Virus record (IMG/VR): IMGVR_UViG_3300017705_000681
Location: 1-63,575 of that record
From: a virus
Taxonomy: Duplodnaviria > Caudoviricetes
Length of the DNA stretch: 63,575 nucleotides
Reading direction: 5' to 3' (one strand)
Both the position numbers and the translations under genes were made by a program. The notes under the pieces are model-generated. The model did not search any database. It had not been told where the DNA came from and worked only from the letters and a program-made list of their open reading frames with translations. Positions 59,157-63,575 of this stretch are shown here, piece after piece. The first letter of the stretch is position 1; each line of letters begins with the position of its first letter.

Positions 59157-59682
59157 TACCTAGGGTCACGTGTACAATCTCAGACATGAGCTCTACAGGG
59201 TCCTTCGGCTCTTTCGTATCGACAACAGTCTTTAGGATGCCAGACAGTTGGGTTACAACCAAAGTAACAAGGGTAGCGGCTACTGCTATAGAGTCAGTAT
59301 CTAAAACTGACATTGAAAAGAGGAATGCAATCGTGCATGTGCACAAATACAGTGCTCCGAATACCGCGAGGTGTTTTCCGGCTCGTTCCTTAGCGGTTTC
59401 AGAGGCTTTAATAGTTGAGATTTCACCTTGTAACCTAGATTGCAATAACTTTATCTCACCCTTGATTTCGGCTTTACGTAGTGCGATAGCCTCTTTGGTG
59501 CTTCCTAGGAGATGAGCTTCCTTGCTTGCTCTATCCCCATTGTGCTGAGGAGCAGGATTATTACCATTAGTCTTCTCTTTCTTAGCCACTTCCTCTTCTC
59601 TCATCTTTATCGCTTCTTTCGGAGTGAGTGGGTCTAGGGGTAATTTCCCATTTTTATCTTTGTTTACGTTATAATCAGCCAT
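59134..59682 (-). CDS. Membrane protein with two TM helices (holin-like candidate)
   Basis: Two hydrophobic segments (LAVFGALYLCTCTIAFLFSM, IAVAATLVTLVVTQLSGIL) after a coiled coil; CTAAATA motif upstream. Confidence 0.6.
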   Translation of the reverse strand: MADYNVNKDKNGKLPLDPLTPKEAIKMREEEVAKKEKTNGNNPAPQHNGDRASKEAHLLGSTKEAIALRKAEIKGEIKLLQSRLQGEISTIKASETAKERAGKHLAVFGALYLCTCTIAFLFSMSVLDTDSIAVAATLVTLVVTQLSGILKTVVDTKEPKDPVELMSEIVHVTLGNEGKEQK

Positions 59683-59686
59683 ATGT

Positions 59687-59693
59687 TATTTAG
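59687..59693 (-). promoter_or_regulatory. Late promoter-like motif CTAAATA
   Basis: 4 nt upstream of the ATG at 59682. Confidence 0.6.
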
Positions 59694-59696
59694 TAG

Positions 59697-59718
59697 GGTA
59701 ACGTAACAATGCGTTACC
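59697..59718. terminator. Intergenic hairpin, possible terminator
   Basis: GGTAACGTA-ACAA-TGCGTTACC inverted repeat between two minus-strand genes; no clear U-tract in the sense direction. Confidence 0.35.
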
Positions 59719-59730
59719 TTAGAGAAAAAA

Positions 59731-59961
59731 TTAAACTCGACCGGTTATTTGGAATTTATTTTCTATGTTTTTAGTTTGATTTTTTGATTGGTATCTTTGT
59801 GTGTTTCTTTGGTACCTATTGGCACGTTGTTGCTTCTGAATAGGTGAGAGCTTCTTATCCGTCTTAACTGTGAAATCTTTAACACCTTGCTGGGTCTGCA
59901 AGCCTGACTGTCTTCTGTTAGCCATGCCGAGAAACTCTTTTAATATACCTTTTTTCCACAT
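59731..59961 (-). CDS. Small basic protein (leader MWKKGILKE)
   Basis: Lys/Gln/Arg-rich; leader shared with the adjacent gene. Confidence 0.65.
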   Translation of the reverse strand: MWKKGILKEFLGMANRRQSGLQTQQGVKDFTVKTDKKLSPIQKQQRANRYQRNTQRYQSKNQTKNIENKFQITGRV

Positions 59962-59965
59962 ATAT

Positions 59966-59972
59966 TATTTAG
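59966..59972 (-). promoter_or_regulatory. Late promoter-like motif CTAAATA
   Basis: CTAAATAATATATGTGGAAAAA is identical to the start region of the next gene. Confidence 0.65.
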
Positions 59973-60004
59973 GCTTCCGCCTCCCCTAAAAACAAAAAAA
60001 AGAA

Positions 60005-60415
60005 TTAGCTTTTAGGAGCTTTGTAAACGTGTACCTTTTGGTCTTTTCCAAGAGCAGCTCGTATCATGGCTCGGGTATTCCCGGCTACTAGAGCTCTTTT
60101 TTTAGTTTTTCCTTTCCCACTAGTTCTGATAATTGACGGTTCATCTTTTCCGGATTTTACCAGGTTATAAGCTCGTCTTCGGTCTTTCTTGCTTTTACCG
60201 TGGTCCCTAGCTTTCCTTATAACTCTTGACAGTTGTCCTTTCTTAATCCCAGGTGCCTCGGACGAGCCGGATAGACCTTTCCCTTTTAAAGATTTAATTG
60301 TAGTAGTGCGACCTTTCTTGGCTGCTGTTATTTCCTTATCAGTGTCCCCGTGTCGAAAGAATTCATCTCGTTCTCTTTCGAGGTCAATCTCGCATAGGAG
60401 TCCCTTTTTCCACAT
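60005..60415 (-). CDS. Basic protein (leader MWKKGLLCE)
   Basis: Lys/Arg-rich; leader shared with the adjacent gene. Confidence 0.65.
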   Translation of the reverse strand: MWKKGLLCEIDLERERDEFFRHGDTDKEITAAKKGRTTTIKSLKGKGLSGSSEAPGIKKGQLSRVIRKARDHGKSKKDRRRAYNLVKSGKDEPSIIRTSGKGKTKKRALVAGNTRAMIRAALGKDQKVHVYKAPKS

Positions 60416-60469
60416 ATATTATTTAGTATTTTTTTTTTAGGAGTCCCTTAAAAAATTTAGGAGTCCCTT
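60395..60469. repeat. Direct repeats TAGGAGTCCCTT x3
   Basis: Exact 12-mers at 60395, 60438 and 60458. Confidence 0.8.
60420..60426 (-). promoter_or_regulatory. Late promoter-like motif CTAAATA
   Basis: 4 nt upstream of the ATG at 60415. Confidence 0.65.
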
Positions 60470-60569
60470 ATTAAGATTCATCATACTGATACATATGGCG
60501 TATAGGGGGGTCTGAGCCTCAAGTGTTGATTAGAATCGTCCGCTCGGCATAATAAATACCATTTAATAC

Positions 60570-60598
60570 TTGACAGAGCCTATACGCTATGTTATAAT
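60570..60598 (+). promoter_or_regulatory. Early sigma70 promoter P1
   Basis: TTGACA-N17-TATAAT with extended -10 TG. Confidence 0.9.
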
Positions 60599-60607
60599 AT
60601 ACACATA

Positions 60608-60850
60608 ATGAAATCTCTCTCTCACAAAAATAAGTTCTCAGCGATGGAATTCGCAAGACAAAATTCAGATATCGAATGCGTACTATACGCTAAGGTAGGT
60701 GTTCTAGGTGAACACCAAACTACACCTCGAATATTAAAAGAGGGTAGCTACGGTTACCTAGACTGTGTCTGCTCTCTTAACGGTTGGTCTCGTACAAAGA
60801 CTAACATCGTTACTAAAAGTTTCTTCGAAAAGGTCTTGACAGCAAGCTAA
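60608..60850 (+). CDS. Hypothetical early protein
   Basis: ATG 9 nt after the -10 of P1. Confidence 0.7.
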   Translation: MKSLSHKNKFSAMEFARQNSDIECVLYAKVGVLGEHQTTPRILKEGSYGYLDCVCSLNGWSRTKTNIVTKSFFEKVLTAS

Positions 60851-60864
60851 GGCTCTGTTATAAT
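60836..60864 (+). promoter_or_regulatory. Early sigma70 promoter P2
   Basis: TTGACA-N17-TATAAT with extended -10 TG. Confidence 0.9.
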
Positions 60865-60871
60865 ATAGACA

Positions 60872-61099
60872 ATGAAATCAAACACCAACCTAACAGTAAA
60901 GGACGCTTGCGAAGCAGGTATCCCTGTATGCCTTCCCAACATACTCGATGAGCATTTCGCACTTATCAAAGACGGAGTATATCCCGATATTGCGCTTAGT
61001 ATTATCGCAACCCATATTGCCACCGAGCATAACCTAACCCAAAAACAAGGGCAAGATGTTGCTCGTTTCACATTTAACAAATTAGGTGTCATAGTATGA
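60872..61099 (+). CDS. Hypothetical early protein
   Basis: ATG 7 nt after the -10 of P2. Confidence 0.7.
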   Translation: MKSNTNLTVKDACEAGIPVCLPNILDEHFALIKDGVYPDIALSIIATHIATEHNLTQKQGQDVARFTFNKLGVIV

Positions 61100-61470
61100 G
61101 CGATTACAACATATATGAAGATAGCAATATAAACATGGTAGGAACATTCGATAAGCCCTCCGATATGTTTCTTCTAAAAGGCTTAGAATTAGCAAGCCAA
61201 GAAACAATGGCTATGGCTTTCCACCTTATAGATGCCAAGAATTACAAAGACTTAGAAACCGCACAGATGGCTGATGTTATCATGCTTGCCACTTTGTTGG
61301 AATTTTTCAAGGATAACGGAATTAGGGATATACATCGTGTTATTGATATGCCTATTAGTTACTATGAAAGGTGGAATCAAGAACTTCGGAGGGCTGAGGA
61401 CGAAGGCTTATTAAAAGAACCTGATGATGGTATCAGCAAGCAAGAGTTTGACGGTATGATGGACGGTTGA
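61096..61470 (+). CDS. Hypothetical acidic early protein
   Basis: ATGA overlap with the upstream gene. Confidence 0.7.
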   Translation: MSDYNIYEDSNINMVGTFDKPSDMFLLKGLELASQETMAMAFHLIDAKNYKDLETAQMADVIMLATLLEFFKDNGIRDIHRVIDMPISYYERWNQELRRAEDEGLLKEPDDGISKQEFDGMMDG

Positions 61471-61523
61471 TTTTCATTATCGTGTTGGGGTTCACGTTAA
61501 AAAGCCCCACCTTTAAAACAACT

Positions 61524-61630
61524 AAGAGAGAGAGGCAACGTCACCCATAGGTCATCCTAGGTCGGAGATATCCGTAATGAGCCTTGAACGTTGGAACGCC
61601 GTAGGCAAGGAAAGAAATCCTCTCTCTCTT
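61524..61630. ncRNA. Candidate structured RNA element (unassigned)
   Basis: Perfect 12-bp closing stem AAGAGAGAGAGG/CCTCTCTCTCTT enclosing nested stems, in a non-coding gap. Confidence 0.4.
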
Positions 61631-61662
61631 TTTACTTGAAAAATCGCGCAGCGTGCAGGCGT

Positions 61663-61677
61663 CTGCCATTTTGGCAG
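61663..61677. promoter_or_regulatory. Palindromic operator-like site CTGCCA-TTT-TGGCAG
   Basis: Perfect inverted repeat upstream of P3; near-identical copies at 62210 and 62921. Confidence 0.6.
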
Positions 61678-61721
61678 TTTCGACCAGTTGGGGACAAATA
61701 AAAGTTTTTATTGTTTTTTAC

Positions 61722-61750
61722 TTGACAGAGTGCTTAGGCTATGGTATAAT
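61722..61750 (+). promoter_or_regulatory. Early sigma70 promoter P3
   Basis: TTGACA-N17-TATAAT, extended -10 TG, T-rich UP-like tract. Confidence 0.9.
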
Positions 61751-61759
61751 ATACGCATA

Positions 61760-61996
61760 ATGAGTTACAATTCTACTACTGTTCCTGTGTCCGTTGAAGA
61801 ACGCCACAACCTCTCTCTTTCACTAGGCAAGGCTTTTGCGCAATCTTACGCACTACACCCATCGTGTGAGTTTACGACTCAACTTTTGGATATGTATCGT
61901 GAATCTCGCCGTATGGTGGATAATGAAAAGCCTCATGAGGGTCGTTACGGTGCTTTCGATGCTTACCTTATGACCCAAGACCAATACGTAGCATAA
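61760..61996 (+). CDS. Hypothetical early protein (MSYNSTT...)
   Basis: ATG 9 nt after the -10 of P3; the longer ORF-track start lies upstream of the promoter. Confidence 0.7.
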   Translation: MSYNSTTVPVSVEERHNLSLSLGKAFAQSYALHPSCEFTTQLLDMYRESRRMVDNEKPHEGRYGAFDAYLMTQDQYVA

Positions 61997-62208
61997 TGCC
62001 TTTGCCTCCTAACCTTAGCAAGCCTGTATTTCAACTGTTCCCTCATTTGGTGGGACAGGTAACAAGGTACGAATGCGTAACCTGTGATAGCAAAATCACT
62101 GATGACGGTTTCAAAGATGAAATTAGCATTAAGGAATATGGTATTAGCGGAATGTGCCAAGAATGCCAAGATAGCGTATTCGGAGGGGATGAGGAGGAGG
62201 AGTTGTAG
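61996..62208 (+). CDS. Small zinc-finger-like protein (CxxC...CxxC)
   Basis: CVTC...EYGISGMCQECQD; TAATG coupling with the upstream gene. Confidence 0.7.
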   Translation: MPLPPNLSKPVFQLFPHLVGQVTRYECVTCDSKITDDGFKDEISIKEYGISGMCQECQDSVFGGDEEEEL

Positions 62209-62209
62209 T

Positions 62210-62224
62210 CTGTCATTTTGGCAG
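62210..62224. promoter_or_regulatory. Palindromic operator-like site CTGTCA-TTT-TGGCAG
   Basis: One mismatch to the 61663 copy; upstream of P4. Confidence 0.55.
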
Positions 62225-62252
62225 ACCGGTGCAAATTTTTCCCATTTTTTAC

Positions 62253-62281
62253 TTGACAGGAGGCATAGGCTATGGTATAAT
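62253..62281 (+). promoter_or_regulatory. Early sigma70 promoter P4
   Basis: TTGACA-N17-TATAAT; shares TAGGCTATGGTATAATATACGCATAATGA with P3. Confidence 0.9.
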
Positions 62282-62290
62282 ATACGCATA

Positions 62291-62485
62291 ATGAAAATGA
62301 CTCGCTCACACTTCCAAGCGTTGGCTACAATGACTGCCGACATCATCGTGGCTTTGAACGCCACCAAAGACCAAACCATTATCATCATGGACGAGGTCAT
62401 TGCTGTTTGTAAAAAAGCAAACCCAAATTTTGATTCTATCCGTTTCGATGATTGGGTACAGGATATTTTGATAAATAATTCCTAA
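62291..62485 (+). CDS. Hypothetical early protein (MKMTRSHF...NPNFDSIRF)
   Basis: ATG 9 nt after the -10 of P4. Confidence 0.7.
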   Translation: MKMTRSHFQALATMTADIIVALNATKDQTIIIMDEVIAVCKKANPNFDSIRFDDWVQDILINNS

Positions 62486-62492
62486 AAAAGGC

Positions 62493-62521
62493 TTGACATA
62501 GCCTATCAGATATGTTATAAT
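62493..62521 (+). promoter_or_regulatory. Early sigma70 promoter P5
   Basis: TTGACA-N17-TATAAT with extended -10 TG. Confidence 0.9.
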
Positions 62522-62527
62522 ATAATC

Positions 62528-62749
62528 ATGAAATACCTCATCAATCTCTACTCACAGTTTGTCGCTAAACGCTTCGAGCATCTTTACCACACTTCTTACA
62601 ATGTTCGCCAAGACGAAAAGGCAGAGCGTGTCCTAGAACACTATCGCTCAATCCGTCGCTTGTTGCCTCTAGAGCGTTGTGGAAACCATTGGGGAAACCA
62701 CAAAGGCTCAAACAAAAAGCCTTTCTTGGCTACGCAAGGAGTTAAATAA
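62528..62749 (+). CDS. Hypothetical early protein
   Basis: ATG 6 nt after the -10 of P5. Confidence 0.65.
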   Translation: MKYLINLYSQFVAKRFEHLYHTSYNVRQDEKAERVLEHYRSIRRLLPLERCGNHWGNHKGSNKKPFLATQGVK

Positions 62750-62920
62750 TGGAATAACTTCTAGCGCAAAGCGCGAGGTTATATTCTCGCGTGGGGTTGA
62801 GAGTCCCCGAATAGGTAGCATGCTACAATCACGATGCCTTACGAAACTCTCACTCTTTATCCTAAACCCTCTCCCGCCGTCATTAAATTGGCACAGGTTC
62901 TCGAGGGAGGGGTAAAGTTT

Positions 62921-62935
62921 TTGCCATTTTGGCAG
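62921..62935. promoter_or_regulatory. Palindromic operator-like site TTGCCA-TTT-TGGCAG
   Basis: Third copy, upstream of P6. Confidence 0.55.
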
Positions 62936-62990
62936 TTCGCTGCACCGCGCAAAAACTTTGCGACATCCTAGAATATTTACCATTTTATTA

Positions 62991-63019
62991 TTGACAGAAC
63001 GCGACCGCGTTGTTATAAT
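62991..63019 (+). promoter_or_regulatory. Early sigma70 promoter P6
   Basis: TTGACA-N17-TATAAT with extended -10 TG. Confidence 0.9.
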
Positions 63020-63026
63020 ATGTATA

Positions 63027-63575
63027 ATGAAATCAAGTCCTAAAATCTCTAATGCTTCCAAAATGCCATGTAAGTCGTGGTCGCTTCCTGCTTGGGAGTC
63101 ATGCCCAAGTGCCAAAAAATCGGACGGTTCGCCTGTCGATGCTTGTAACTATTGCTATGCCCTTACGGGTGCGTATCGCTTTCCTGCTACGGTAGCGAGC
63201 CGAGCGCATAACATGGAAGATTGGAAATGCGATGATTGGGTCGAGGTTATGGTTAAAAAAATTGGCAAGGCTAAGTATTTTCGTTGGTTTGATAGTGGGG
63301 ATTGTTACGATACAAAGTTAGCGTATAAAATTTATACGGTTATGGGCTTAACACCTAACTGTAAGCATTGGTTGCCTACGCGTATGTATAAAGATTCTAA
63401 GTTTGCCGACGTGTTCCGTCGCATGAATGAGTTAGAAAATGTGGTAGTGCGCTATTCTAGCGATTCTATTAACGGTGCTATTGTAATGAGCAACTCTGCG
63501 CCTACTTCCACCATTATACAATCCGCCGATGAGTTTAAGCCGAGCAAGGGTGAAAGTTTATGCCGAGCGTTTACG
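63027..63575 (+). CDS. GP88-family protein (radical-SAM-like Cys motif), 3' end runs off the window
   Basis: Missing from the ORF track; MKSSPKISNASKMPCKSWSLPAWESCP...ACNYCYA...YFRWFDSGD...KHWLPTR...NVVVRYS. Confidence 0.8.
   Translation, partial: MKSSPKISNASKMPCKSWSLPAWESCPSAKKSDGSPVDACNYCYALTGAYRFPATVASRAHNMEDWKCDDWVEVMVKKIGKAKYFRWFDSGDCYDTKLAYKIYTVMGLTPNCKHWLPTRMYKDSKFADVFRRMNELENVVVRYSSDSINGAIVMSNSAPTSTIIQSADEFKPSKGESLCRAFT

Noticed and set aside
611-60440. Numerous short plus-strand ORFs antisense to the structural genes (e.g. 31664..32125, 45303..45650, 47315..47761)
   Set aside because: Fully nested opposite well-supported genes, low-complexity mirror translations, with no independent motifs or expression signals.
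61688-62290. Longer ORF-track starts at 61688 and 62084 sharing the peptide FLLDR...LWYNIRIM
   Set aside because: The shared peptide is just the translation of the repeated promoter DNA; the likely starts are 61760 and 62291.
62219-62945. Sigma54 promoters at TGGCAG...TGCA next to the palindromes
   Set aside because: GG-to-GC spacing is 9 nt rather than the required 10.

Overview
The window is a segment of a large T4-like myovirus (contractile-tailed dsDNA phage) genome, read in the standard genetic code. About 1-60.4 kb is a mostly minus-strand late/morphogenesis region. In transcription order it holds: small basic proteins, a gp14-like neck protein, Gly/Lys-rich proteins, large terminase, portal, a core-like protein, a gp26-like hub chaperone, a gp2-like protein, tape measure, tube initiator, gp53/gp27/gp5-like hub and spike, PAAR, gp25/gp6/wedge, several large fibre-like proteins, a lipoprotein, prohead core proteins, gp21 protease, scaffold and the major capsid protein (truncated at the left edge). 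Inserted among these are plus-strand genes for a primase, a UvsW-like helicase, a glycosyltransferase and a CocE/NonD hydrolase, plus a minus-strand Cas4-like nuclease. From about 60.5 kb a plus-strand early region consists of cassettes, each with a perfect TTGACA-N17-TATAAT promoter followed by a nearly leaderless small ORF; the last is a GP88-like gene cut by the right edge. The most notable signals are: a probable programmed -1 frameshift fusing the gp26-like ORF to a gp51-like ORF; a family of at least seven basic proteins with gp21-type L-x-E leader peptides (candidate capsid cargo); a late-promoter-driven CocE/NonD hydrolase that shares a Ser-rich motif signature with the virion proteins (candidate glycosylation system); pervasive leaderless gene starts; and palindromes, direct repeats and structured RNA candidates near the early/late junction. 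All protein family calls come from motif recognition by eye, not from database searches.
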